Source: an uncultured Acidobacteriaceae bacterium
GTDB lineage: Bacteria; Acidobacteriota; Terriglobia; Terriglobales; Acidobacteriaceae
Direction of reading: 5' to 3'
NCBI GenBank assembly: GCA_964247455.1
Contig: CAXTUR010000001.1
Span: forward strand, 985 to 64,984
Length of the DNA stretch: 64,000 nucleotides
Shown here: piece after piece, positions 49,172 through 58,697 of the stretch
How positions within the stretch are numbered: position 1 is the stretch's first letter
How the letters are laid out: every line of letters begins with the position of its first letter
Made by a program: the position numbers and the translations under genes
Notes under the pieces: model-generated
Databases searched by the model: none
Seen by the model: the letters and a program-made list of their open reading frames with translations, nothing else
What the model was told of the DNA's origin: nothing

Positions 49172-49202
49172 CGTTACTCCCCTGCCATGCCGATCCATTA
49201 GG

Positions 49203-49228
49203 TTAGACACCGCAGGAGGAGAAAGTTC
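49203..49228 (-). promoter_or_regulatory. Putative sigmaE-type promoter of SIMPL gene
   Basis: GAACTT-N15-TCTAA; shares CGGTGTCTAA with the sigma-gene upstream region. Confidence 0.5.
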
Positions 49229-49249
49229 GTCCGATCGCCCAGCTGCGTT

Positions 49250-50212
49250 CTACGCCTTAACGCGCCGTACTGCCGGGAGCGTCGCCACTTTCCCCTTGGA
49301 AGCGCGCCAGTCCTGGTAGGCGACCAGCATCGGCGCGGCTACGGCAATGGAGGAGTAGGTGCCGATCAGGATGCCGACGACCAGCGCGAAGGAGAAGCCA
49401 TGGAGCACCTCGCCGCCGAAGAGGTACAGCGAGAGGACGGTAAGAAAGGTGAGGCCGGAGGAGATGACCGTTCGCGTCAGCGTCTGATTGATGCTGCGGT
49501 TGACCACGTCCGAGAGCGACTCGCGCCGCGACTGGGCGAGGTTTTCGCGGATGCGATCGAAGACGACGATGGTGTCGTTCATGGAGTAGCCGATCAGGGT
49601 GAGGATGGCGGCGATGACGGTGAGGGTGATCTCCTGGTTCGTCAGCGAGAACGCGCCGACGGTGATCAGCGTGTCGTGGAAGACCGCCACCACCGCGGCG
49701 ACGCCGTAGATCAGCTCGAAGCGGAACCAAAGATAGACGAGCATCCCGATCAGCGAGTAGATGGTCGCCAGCCACGCTTGCTTTTGGAGCTGCTTGCCCG
49801 CCGTCGGCCCGACGATCTCCACCTGCTGCACGTCGAAGGAGGAGTCGTGGTAGTTCGCGGTGAGCGCGTTCAGTACTGCCGAGCGGCCAGCGTCGTGTGC
49901 GGCATCCCCGGCGGAGGCTTGGGGAAGAGCGATGACCTCTTCATTGGCAGCTTGCCCGAGCGGCCCGCTGATCTTCTGGATGCGAAAGTCTTTCACTCCG
50001 GCCGCGTCGAGCGCATGGCGCAGATGGTCCTCATTGGGCGTCGACGGAAACTTGACGTAGACCATGGTGCCGCCCTTGAAGTCCACGCCCTGCGGCAGCC
50101 CGTGCCAAAACAACATGCTCAGGATGCCCGCCACGGAGAAGATCAGCGAGAACCCGAGAAAGTACCACTTTTTGCCCAGCCAGTCGACGTTTGCGTTGCG
50201 AAACAGTTCCAC
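49250..50212 (-). CDS. secF: Protein translocase subunit SecF
   Basis: GVDFKGG, VGPTAG, HDTLIT, GYSMNDTIVVFDRIRE. Confidence 0.97.
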   Translation of the reverse strand: MELFRNANVDWLGKKWYFLGFSLIFSVAGILSMLFWHGLPQGVDFKGGTMVYVKFPSTPNEDHLRHALDAAGVKDFRIQKISGPLGQAANEEVIALPQASAGDAAHDAGRSAVLNALTANYHDSSFDVQQVEIVGPTAGKQLQKQAWLATIYSLIGMLVYLWFRFELIYGVAAVVAVFHDTLITVGAFSLTNQEITLTVIAAILTLIGYSMNDTIVVFDRIRENLAQSRRESLSDVVNRSINQTLTRTVISSGLTFLTVLSLYLFGGEVLHGFSFALVVGILIGTYSSIAVAAPMLVAYQDWRASKGKVATLPAVRRVKA

Positions 50213-50256
50213 GTTCTAAATCCTCAGCGAGATGACTCGCGTTTCACTTCTGAAAT

Positions 50257-51855
50257 CTAGATTGACAACGCCGCGCCGCGTTCGCGCCTAGCCAGGCCCG
50301 CGTCGAAGATGGTGCGCGAGACGAAGACGGCGGTAAACAGGTTTGCCAGCAGACCAAAGGTCAACGTAACGGCAAACCCGCGCACCGGTCCGGTGCCGAA
50401 GAGGAACAGAATCATGGCCGAGACAATAGTCGTCACGTGCGTGTCGATGATCGTGATCCAGGCGTGCGCGAAGCCTTGCTGCACGGCTGCGGCTGCGGTC
50501 TTGCCGGTCCGAAGCTCTTCGCGGATGCGCTCGAAGATCAGCACGTTTGAATCGACACCCATGCCGATGGTCAGGATGACGCCCGCGATCCCCGGCAGCG
50601 TCAGCACCGAGCCGGTGTAGCCCATAAAGCCCAGCAGAATGACGAGGTTGAGAAAGAGGGCTAGATCCGCGTTGACGCCCGCGCCGCGATAGTAGATGAG
50701 CATGAACGCCATGACGGCCAGCATTCCGGCGATGGCCGCCAGTACGCCCTGGCGGATGGACGCCGCGCCAAGGCTGGGGCCTACGGTGCGGGTTTCGAGG
50801 AACTCAAGCGAGGCGGGAAGCGCGCCCGTGCGGAGCATCAGCGACAGGTCCGTTGCGGACTGCTTGGTAAAGCCGCCGCCTGAGATGCGGCCGGAGTCGC
50901 GGATGGCTGACTGGATGCCCGCCACCTCGCGCACGCGGTTGTCGAGCACGATGGCCATCGAGCCCGCGCCCTTGTGTTCGTCGGTGTACTTGTAGAAGCG
51001 GTCGCCGGCGTCGGTGGTTAGGTTGAAGGTGATGTCGGGGCGGCCGTTCTCGTCGGTCGACGGCTGGGCATCGCGGAAGTCGTTTCCGGCAACCTCGCTC
51101 ACGCGCTTCAGCAGCCAGACCTGGTCCGCGCCGCCCGTCGTGCCGCTGCCGCGCATCAGCACAGAGTCCGCCGGGATCGTTCCGCTGTTCGCCTGGAGCG
51201 CGTCCTGATCGCTCGGGAACGGACCGCCCGCAACCTGATGGATTTCGAGGCGTGCGGTGGATTGGATGACGTCCTGAACGCGGCTGAGGTCGTCGACGCC
51301 GGGAAGCTCGACCAGGATCTCGTTCGCGCCCAGGCCGTACGGCTGCACCGTCGGCTCGGAGACGCCGAGTTTGTCGATGCGCTCGCGGATGGTCTCGATG
51401 GAGGTCTCAAGGGTGCGCTTCTCGAGATCAGCGATGGCCGTCTGCTTCATCGTCAGCTTGGAGCTGCCATCGGAGTTGTTGGCCACGTCGTAGTTGGGGT
51501 AAGTCCCGCCGTTCAGCAGGCTACGCACATCGCCGGAACGCGCCGCCGGGACGCCCGAGATCGTGATGGTGTCGAGGTGCGCGGGGTCGAGCTTACCGAC
51601 GGTCGCGCCGGTGATCCCGGCCTTCTGCAGGTCCGCTTCAAGCCGCGCGACATCGTTGTCGGTCTGGCCGGAGATCGCCTCCTCCACCTTGACCCGCATT
51701 ACCAGGTGGATGCCGCCCTTCAGGTCGAGTCCGAGATGGATGTGGTCGGCGAGCCCTTGCTTGAAGCCGTGACGCGGAAAGCCCACGATGCCAATACAGA
51801 ACACCACCAGAATAGCCAGGATGAATGCCGTCTTACCGGCCAGATTCTTACCCAT
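50257..51855 (-). CDS. secD: Protein translocase subunit SecD
   Basis: LGLDLKGG, GVSEP, VGPSLG, GMGVDSNVLIFERIREE. Confidence 0.97.
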   Translation of the reverse strand: MGKNLAGKTAFILAILVVFCIGIVGFPRHGFKQGLADHIHLGLDLKGGIHLVMRVKVEEAISGQTDNDVARLEADLQKAGITGATVGKLDPAHLDTITISGVPAARSGDVRSLLNGGTYPNYDVANNSDGSSKLTMKQTAIADLEKRTLETSIETIRERIDKLGVSEPTVQPYGLGANEILVELPGVDDLSRVQDVIQSTARLEIHQVAGGPFPSDQDALQANSGTIPADSVLMRGSGTTGGADQVWLLKRVSEVAGNDFRDAQPSTDENGRPDITFNLTTDAGDRFYKYTDEHKGAGSMAIVLDNRVREVAGIQSAIRDSGRISGGGFTKQSATDLSLMLRTGALPASLEFLETRTVGPSLGAASIRQGVLAAIAGMLAVMAFMLIYYRGAGVNADLALFLNLVILLGFMGYTGSVLTLPGIAGVILTIGMGVDSNVLIFERIREELRTGKTAAAAVQQGFAHAWITIIDTHVTTIVSAMILFLFGTGPVRGFAVTLTFGLLANLFTAVFVSRTIFDAGLARRERGAALSI

Positions 51856-51913
51856 AATCGTCTTAGGAGGACATCGCGGCCCGGTCCCTTATCTCTTCCT
51901 TTGTGCTGATTTG

Positions 51914-52222
51914 TCAAGCTTCATCGGGCGTGGTCACCGTGGCGATCGCGCTCTTTACAAACTCGAGCTTCACTCCGTCGGGCAAGATGCGCAGCACGAC
52001 GACGTCATCCTTCACGGTCAGCACCGTTCCGCGAAGGCCGCCGTTGGTCGTCACCTTGTCGCCGGACTTCAACTGGCCCAGCATCTCCTGCCACTTCTTC
52101 TGCTTCTTCTGGTTGGGCGCGATCATCAGAAAGTACAGCACCACAAAGAACAGAATGGGTAGGGCCAGACCGCTCAAACTGCCGAAATTGCCCGGAAAAC
52201 TCTGCATCCACATCGCCAACAT
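51914..52222 (-). CDS. yajC: Preprotein translocase subunit YajC
   Basis: LYFLMIAPNQKKQK, LKSGDKVTTNGGLRG; upstream of secD. Confidence 0.95.
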   Translation of the reverse strand: MLAMWMQSFPGNFGSLSGLALPILFFVVLYFLMIAPNQKKQKKWQEMLGQLKSGDKVTTNGGLRGTVLTVKDDVVVLRILPDGVKLEFVKSAIATVTTPDEA

Positions 52223-52370
52223 CGTATCGACAGCTCCGTTCGGTCGGCCCTTCTCCTGCCGCGCAAACGGACAGCACAAAACGCTGGGCGCAAGAAGGGT
52301 GCCTAGCCTCTAAGGATTGCCCACCGGGCGGCCCCTGTCAAGTCAATCCAGTCCCGATGCGGCTCGCGGT

Positions 52371-52754
52371 TCAGCTGTTTATGTTCCAGATGTCCGTCTG
52401 CCACTTCCACGCTCCGCCATCTTCCTTCCAGTGCACCACATACTTGGCAGACACGGTGTCGCTACCTGCAAGCATCATGACCGCCTGGCCGATCTCGACG
52501 ACGCCGTCGCCCGCCGCCTCAGCGGAAACGGTGTTGAGCGTGGCCGAGACCACACCCATCGCGTCGAGCCCGTGCTTCCAGAACGCCTTGATGGCGGCGC
52601 GCCCTGAGACCATCTCCGCGCCTGGCGGCAGAATACGCGCGTCGATCGTGTACACCTCGTCCAGATCGTCGATCTGCCGGTCGCGCACTACGCTTGAGCA
52701 GAAGAGCTCGTTGGTCAACCGCATGCCTTCCTGTGCCGCAAATGAAACGTCCAT
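52371..52754 (-). CDS. DUF4440 / NTF2-like (SnoaL/YybH) protein
   Basis: YTIDARILPPG..GRAAIKAFW, KYVVHWKEDGGAWKWQTDIWN. Confidence 0.8.
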   Translation of the reverse strand: MDVSFAAQEGMRLTNELFCSSVVRDRQIDDLDEVYTIDARILPPGAEMVSGRAAIKAFWKHGLDAMGVVSATLNTVSAEAAGDGVVEIGQAVMMLAGSDTVSAKYVVHWKEDGGAWKWQTDIWNINS

Positions 52755-52900
52755 CTCATCACCTCGTAGAATTCCGCGTGCGCAAACGTCATTTGGCGCA
52801 CGTATGGTCCACGGCAGCCACTATAGGCCAATCTCCGCTTCAGCTAAATAAATTATTTCCGCGGTTGCTGCCGGAGACGCGGAGGCACCACAATGCCATC

Positions 52901-53662
52901 ATGGCCGCGTCTTCCTTTGCCACGTATCCAAGCCTTCGCGACCGTGTCGTGTTGATCACTGGCGGAGGCTCGGGCATTGGTGCCTCGACCGTCGCGCACT
53001 TCGTAGCACAGGGTGCCCGGGTGGCCTTTCTCGACATCGCCGTCGAGCCTTCGCGGCAACTTGTGGCGGGCCTTCCGCAGCCTCCAGTGTTCATCCCTTG
53101 CGACCTTACGGACATCGGGTCTCTGCAGGCCGCGATCTCTCAGGTAGCCGCTGAGCTTGGCCCGATTGAAGTGCTCATCAACAACGCTGGCAGCGACACT
53201 CGTCACCATTTTGAAGACGTGACGCCCGCCTTCTTCGACGAACGCCTGGCGGTCAACCTGAAGCATCAGTTTTTCGCCGCGCAGGCCGTCGCGCCCGGCA
53301 TGAAGGCTCTCGGTCGAGGCGTGATCCTCAATATCTCCTCGATCTCCTGGATGATCCCCGGCGAAGATGTGCCGGTCTACAACATCGCCAAGGCCGGCAT
53401 CGTTGGGCTTACCCGCTCGCTCGCCCGTGAGCTCGGTCCTTCGGGCATCCGCGTCAACTGTGTTCTTCCGGGAGCAATCCTTACCGAACGCCAGCAGCGT
53501 CTTTGGATGTCACCCGCGTACGAAGCGGAGATCCTTGCCCGGCAGTGCCTCAAGCGCCATCTGCTGCCTGAAGAGGTCGCCCGCCTTCTGCTCTTCCTCG
53601 CCGCCGATGACAGCTCCGCCATCACCAATCAGAGCTACATTGTCGATGGCGGCTGGATCTAG
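52901..53662 (+). CDS. SDR oxidoreductase, D-xylose 1-dehydrogenase (Caulobacter XylB)-like
   Basis: ATYPSLRDRVVLITGGGSGIG, NNAGSDTRH, VNLKHQFF, YNIAK, TERQQRLW. Confidence 0.8.
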   Translation: MAASSFATYPSLRDRVVLITGGGSGIGASTVAHFVAQGARVAFLDIAVEPSRQLVAGLPQPPVFIPCDLTDIGSLQAAISQVAAELGPIEVLINNAGSDTRHHFEDVTPAFFDERLAVNLKHQFFAAQAVAPGMKALGRGVILNISSISWMIPGEDVPVYNIAKAGIVGLTRSLARELGPSGIRVNCVLPGAILTERQQRLWMSPAYEAEILARQCLKRHLLPEEVARLLLFLAADDSSAITNQSYIVDGGWI

Positions 53663-53737
53663 ACAAGCCATATCGGGCGCGTTGCAGCCGTCGGAATCAC
53701 TCTTCACGCAACGCCATTCATCGCCATCGCATAAGAT

Positions 53738-56245
53738 ATGCAGGAGACACAGCCTTATTTGAAGCAGGTATCCGTGAGCAAAACCCAGCAGAGCATTGCC
53801 ACCCACGCAGCCGACGACACCTCCATTGAGGCGCTGCGCTCGTCGTTCCTGAGCCATCTCACGCGCACCGTGGGCCGCCTGCTCGACGTCTCTACGGAGA
53901 CCGAGCGCTATCATGCCCTATCCCACGTCGTCCGCGACCTGCTGATGGACGATTGGATCAAGACCATCCAGTCCTATCGCGAGCGCGATGTCCGCGTCGT
54001 CTGCTATCTTTCGGCGGAGTTCCTGCTGGGGCCGCACCTGATGAATGGCCTGCTCAACCTCGGCATTACAGAGAACTGCGCGGAAGCTCTCGACTCTCTG
54101 GGGGTAGACCTGAAGTCGCTCGCCCGAAGCGAACCTGAGCCGGGTCTCGGCAATGGCGGCCTGGGCCGACTCGCCGCCTGTTATATGGACTCTATGTCCA
54201 CGCTCGGCGTGCCGGCCATCGGCTATGGCCTGCGGTACGAGTTCGGGATCTTTCGCCAGGAGATCCGCGATGGCTGGCAGCTGGAACGCTCCGACAAATG
54301 GCTACAGTACGGCAATCCGTGGGAGGTCCCGGTCTCGGACGCTTCGGTCACCGTGCAGTTTGGCGGCCGAACCGAGCACGTCAAAGACGACATGGGCGTT
54401 CTGCGCTGCAACTGGATTCCCAACCACAAGGTGATGGGCGTTCCCTACGACACCCCCATCCCCGGCTTTCGCAACGGGATCGTCAACCGTCTGCGTCTGT
54501 GGAAGGCTGAGTCGGTCGAGTCGTTCGACTTCGCCGCGTTCAACACTGGCGACTACATTGGCGCGGTGCGCGATAAGATGGAGTCCGAGACCATCTCGAA
54601 GGTCCTCTACCCGAACGACGAGACCGATGGCGGCAAGCGTCTCCGCCTGATGCAGCAGTACTTCTTCACGTCCTGCTCCTTGCAGGATATGTTGCGGCTC
54701 CATCTGTTGCAGAAGCCGTCGGTCCGCGACTTTGATACAAAATGGACGGTGCAGCTGAACGACACGCATCCCTCGATCGGCATTGCCGAACTGATGCGGC
54801 TGCTGATGGACGTCCACGGGCTGCCCTGGGACGAGGCGTGGCGCATCACCGGCGCGACCTTCGGCTACACCAATCACACCTTGCTGCCTGAGGCATTGGA
54901 GCGCTGGCCACTTCATATCTTTGGCGAGCTGCTGCCGCGACTGCTTGAGATCATCTACGAGATCAACGCTCAGTTCCTTCGCGCCGTCGAGCAGCGCTTC
55001 CCCCACGACAAGCTACGGCTGGCGCGCATGTCCATCATCGGCGAAGAGGGCGATAAAACCGTCCGCATGGCGCATCTGGCGGTAGTGGGCAGCAAGGCCA
55101 TCAATGGGGTAGCTAAGCTTCACTCTGACCTGCTTAAGCAAGACACCTTGAAGGACTTTTACGAGTTCTTCCCGGATCGCTTCTCCAACAAAACCAATGG
55201 CGTGACGCCACGCCGCTGGCTGATGCTGTCGAATCCGCCGCTGGCCGCGCTGCTCGATCAATCCATCGGCCGGGGCTGGCATACGGACCTTACGCAGCTT
55301 GCGAACCTCGAAGCCTTCACCACTGACACTGGCTTCCTGGAACAATGGCGCAAGCGGCAGATCGAGGGCAAGACTGCGCTTGCCGCCTACATTCAGCAGA
55401 CGATGGATATTGCCGTCGACCCGGCCAGCATGTTCGACGTGCAGGTCAAGCGCATTCACGAGTACAAGCGCCAGCATCTATGCGCATTGCACATACTAGC
55501 CCTTTACGCCCAGATCAAGGCCGGCAAGGTCGACAACGTGACGCCGCGTACCTTTATCTTTGGGGGCAAAGCCGCACCCGGATACCGCATGGCTAAGCTG
55601 ATGATTAAGCTGATCTGCACCGTGGGCGAGCTGGTGAACAACGATCCGGTGGCGGGCAAGCTGATCCGCGTCGTTTTCATTCCGGACTACAGCGTCTCGC
55701 TCGGTCAGCGTATCTATCCGGCCGCTGACCTCTCCGAACAGGTCTCGACGGCTGGTAAAGAGGCCTCGGGCACCGGCTGCATGAAGTTCATGATGAACGG
55801 TGCAGTGGCCATAGGCACGCTGGACGGCGCGAACATCGAGATACGCGACGCGGTTGGTCCGGAAAACTTCTTTGTCTTCGGCCTGACCGCCGCCGAGGTG
55901 GCCCAGAAGAAGGCCGATGGCTACCGTCCGCGCGACTTTTACGAGCGTGATCCGCTGCTGCGCGAGGTGCTCGATGGGCTGGGTAGCGGGGCCTTCAGTA
56001 AGGGCGATTGGGAGCTCTTTCGCCCCCTGCTGGACGAGCTGCTGAACAAAGACACCTATATGCTGCTGGCCGATTTCCAGTCGTACATCAAGGTCCAGGC
56101 CGACGCGGGCACGGCCTTCCAGGACGCCGCCGGATGGAGCAAGATGTCGATCCTCAACACGGCCCGGTCCGGCATCTTCTCCTCTGACCGCGCCATTGCC
56201 CAGTACTGCGCCGACATCTGGAAGGTGCCTACGGCAGCGCAGTAG
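53738..56245 (+). CDS. glgP: Glycogen/starch/alpha-glucan phosphorylase
   Basis: GLGNGGLGRLAAC, QLNDTHP, YTNHT, KRIHEYKRQ, PLP site EASGTGCMKF. Confidence 0.96.
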   Translation: MQETQPYLKQVSVSKTQQSIATHAADDTSIEALRSSFLSHLTRTVGRLLDVSTETERYHALSHVVRDLLMDDWIKTIQSYRERDVRVVCYLSAEFLLGPHLMNGLLNLGITENCAEALDSLGVDLKSLARSEPEPGLGNGGLGRLAACYMDSMSTLGVPAIGYGLRYEFGIFRQEIRDGWQLERSDKWLQYGNPWEVPVSDASVTVQFGGRTEHVKDDMGVLRCNWIPNHKVMGVPYDTPIPGFRNGIVNRLRLWKAESVESFDFAAFNTGDYIGAVRDKMESETISKVLYPNDETDGGKRLRLMQQYFFTSCSLQDMLRLHLLQKPSVRDFDTKWTVQLNDTHPSIGIAELMRLLMDVHGLPWDEAWRITGATFGYTNHTLLPEALERWPLHIFGELLPRLLEIIYEINAQFLRAVEQRFPHDKLRLARMSIIGEEGDKTVRMAHLAVVGSKAINGVAKLHSDLLKQDTLKDFYEFFPDRFSNKTNGVTPRRWLMLSNPPLAALLDQSIGRGWHTDLTQLANLEAFTTDTGFLEQWRKRQIEGKTALAAYIQQTMDIAVDPASMFDVQVKRIHEYKRQHLCALHILALYAQIKAGKVDNVTPRTFIFGGKAAPGYRMAKLMIKLICTVGELVNNDPVAGKLIRVVFIPDYSVSLGQRIYPAADLSEQVSTAGKEASGTGCMKFMMNGAVAIGTLDGANIEIRDAVGPENFFVFGLTAAEVAQKKADGYRPRDFYERDPLLREVLDGLGSGAFSKGDWELFRPLLDELLNKDTYMLLADFQSYIKVQADAGTAFQDAAGWSKMSILNTARSGIFSSDRAIAQYCADIWKVPTAAQ

Positions 56246-56401
56246 AGTATGCCTCATTTGCTGTGCGGAAATAGCTAAGTGATTGATCCTGTTCAACTTC
56301 TTAGAAGAAGCAAGCTTGGACAATTTGTTCGGCAGCGGTACAATTAGGAGGTTGCAAGGCACCCAGGGTCGTCTGGTGCAATCACGAAGCACGGAGCGTA
56401 T

Positions 56402-56971
56402 TTGATCTTCACGAACGAAATCCGCCTCGCCAGCTGTTCCGTCGTCGCCCTTTGCATGATGTCAATCCCCACGATCACCCGCGGCGCACTAGACTTTACC
56501 CGTCCCTTAACCCTTGATGTCCCCGCACCGGCGGCGCCTTCCGTACCTCCACTGGCCAAGCCGCGGAAGCGCTTCTCGTTTCTCCATAGCATGACGAAGC
56601 CTGCAAGCATTGGCGTGGGTATCGCCTCCTGGTATGGCGCGGTGCTCGACGGCCATAAGACTGCCAGCGGCGAGACCTTCGACATGAACCAGATGACGGC
56701 TTGCCATCGGACGCTTCCGTTCGGCACGATGGTGCGGGTGGTCGACTTGAACAGCCACAAATCGGTCATCGTCCGCATCAACGACCGCGGTGTCCTCTTC
56801 GCCGACCGTATCATCGACCTTTCGCGCGGGGCCGCCGAGCGCCTCGGCATCCGCTCCGCCGGCACCGCCAAGGTCCGTGTCGATGTGCTCACCAAGCAGC
56901 AAGTGGCAGACCTCCAGAAGACTGAGATCGCCTCCACCCAGCCTCTTGAAAACCGCTCTTCTACACAGTAA
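56402..56971 (+). CDS. rlpA: RlpA-family septal lytic transglycosylase (DPBB domain)
   Basis: GIASWYG, TASGE, TACHRTLPFGT, VRINDRG, RIIDLS. Confidence 0.9.
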   Translation: MIFTNEIRLASCSVVALCMMSIPTITRGALDFTRPLTLDVPAPAAPSVPPLAKPRKRFSFLHSMTKPASIGVGIASWYGAVLDGHKTASGETFDMNQMTACHRTLPFGTMVRVVDLNSHKSVIVRINDRGVLFADRIIDLSRGAAERLGIRSAGTAKVRVDVLTKQQVADLQKTEIASTQPLENRSSTQ

Positions 56972-56984
56972 GTTACGGTGGGGT

Positions 56985-58697
56985 TCAATGCCATGGCTTG
57001 ACTAGCCCCTTACCCTCGACCAACTCTAAAATGCGGTCCACACGGTCTGACGCATCGAACTGCTCCACCACTCCACTCGGCCACCGCACCGCAATCCCCG
57101 TCAGTTTCGTTTCCAAGCCCAGCCCGAAGTGCACCCTGAGGTCGCTCGACGAGTTGTAGCTCGATCCGCTCCGCACCTCGTCCACCCACACGCGCTTTTC
57201 TCCCCTAACGGTTACGCGTGCGCCGATTGCATCGCGATTTGAGGCCGTTCCCACCAGACGCACGCCCACCCAATGATTGGCGTTCTTTGCCTCATTCACC
57301 AGAAGCATTGGCCGCTCGCTGAGGTTGTTGACCACTGCTTCCAGCCGCCCATCGTTAAACAGGTCAGCCACAGCCAGCCCCCGGCTTGACCGCGGCTCTG
57401 TCAGGCCTGGCCCTGCGCCTTTACTGCTGTCTTTGAACTTGCCGTTGCCTAGGTTTTGATACAGCAGCCGAGGCTCCCGGTACGCCGCTCCGAGCTTGGC
57501 CGAGTCGACCTCCGGATACACATGGCCGTTCGCCACCAGCAGATCTGGCCAGCCATCGTTGTCCATATCCGCGAACATCGCGCCCCACCCCAGTGCGTCC
57601 GTGTTGATTCCTAACCCCGCCGGGAAGGTCACGTCGTTGTACGTTCCGTCGCCGTTGTTGTGGTATAGCGTGGAGGTGTCGTCCGAGAAGTTCGTCTTGA
57701 AGAGGTCGATCTTGCCGTCGCCGTCGTAGTCCGCCGCCGTCGAGCCCATTCCGGCCTGTTCGCGCCCATCCTCATTGAACGCCACGCCCGCATCCGCGCC
57801 TACATCAGTAAAGGTTCCGTTCTTGTTGTTGCGGTAGAGGATCGCCGGGGTCGAATCGCAGGCGACATACAAATCAGGCCAGCCATCGTCGTTGTAGTCG
57901 AGTGTCGTCACCGAGAAGCAGTAGTGTGCCGCCGTCCTTTCAAACCCGCTCACCTTACTCACATCTTCGAACTTGCCTCCACCCAGATTGTGGAAGAGCA
58001 CATTGGGCGCGCTCTCCAGCCCTCGCGGTCCGCACATCACGGGAACGCCCTTCCAGATGCATCCGGCACCCTGTCCGGGCGCGGGCGTCTTCGCCAGATC
58101 GAAGTGAACATAGTTCGCCACGGCGATGTCCAGCTTGCCGTCGCGGTCGTAGTCGACGAACGCGCACCCCGTGCCCCACTCCTTACCTGTCCCGGCCACC
58201 CCTGCCGATCCCGCGACCTCTTCAAACGTCCCGTTGCCCTTGTTGTGGAAGAGCCGGTTCTTCCCGTACCCGGTGACGAAGAGGTCTTCGTTGCCGTCAT
58301 TGTCATAGTCCCCAACGCAAGCCCCCTGTCCCCAGCCAGTTGAGACCAGCCCCGCCTTCACCGTCACATCGGTAAAGGTTCCATCATGATTATTGTGGAA
58401 GAGATGATTCGTCGCGGCCTCGCCAGCCGGCTGCAGCGTCGTCCCGTTGACCAGAAAGATGTCCGGCCATCCATCGCGGTCATAATCCAGGATCGCCACG
58501 CCTGACCCCGTCGCCTCGATGATGTAGCGCTTGGCCTCCACGCTCCCGTTCACATTGCGAACGGTGATCCCGGCCTTCTCCGCCACATCCACAAACCATG
58601 CCGGTGGTGGATGGGCGATCGTTGCCGGGTAGGGCGCTTGTCCGCACATCGCGCAGGTCACCCAGACGACAAAGGCGAGAGGCCAAAAGAGCTTCAA
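56985..58697 (-). CDS. CRTAC1 family protein (FG-GAP/VCBS repeats plus ASPIC/UnbV)
   Basis: Repeated DYDxDGxxD Ca-binding loops; C-terminal NRDAIGARV...VHFGLG...RWPSG. Confidence 0.9.
   Translation of the reverse strand: MKLFWPLAFVVWVTCAMCGQAPYPATIAHPPPAWFVDVAEKAGITVRNVNGSVEAKRYIIEATGSGVAILDYDRDGWPDIFLVNGTTLQPAGEAATNHLFHNNHDGTFTDVTVKAGLVSTGWGQGACVGDYDNDGNEDLFVTGYGKNRLFHNKGNGTFEEVAGSAGVAGTGKEWGTGCAFVDYDRDGKLDIAVANYVHFDLAKTPAPGQGAGCIWKGVPVMCGPRGLESAPNVLFHNLGGGKFEDVSKVSGFERTAAHYCFSVTTLDYNDDGWPDLYVACDSTPAILYRNNKNGTFTDVGADAGVAFNEDGREQAGMGSTAADYDGDGKIDLFKTNFSDDTSTLYHNNGDGTYNDVTFPAGLGINTDALGWGAMFADMDNDGWPDLLVANGHVYPEVDSAKLGAAYREPRLLYQNLGNGKFKDSSKGAGPGLTEPRSSRGLAVADLFNDGRLEAVVNNLSERPMLLVNEAKNANHWVGVRLVGTASNRDAIGARVTVRGEKRVWVDEVRSGSSYNSSSDLRVHFGLGLETKLTGIAVRWPSGVVEQFDASDRVDRILELVEGKGLVKPWH

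Noticed and set aside
52223-52754. Arrest-peptide leader upstream of yajC-secDF (VemP/ApdP-like)
   Set aside because: The upstream ORF is an NTF2-like protein with no signal peptide or RAPP-like tail, and a separate TTGACA lies between it and yajC
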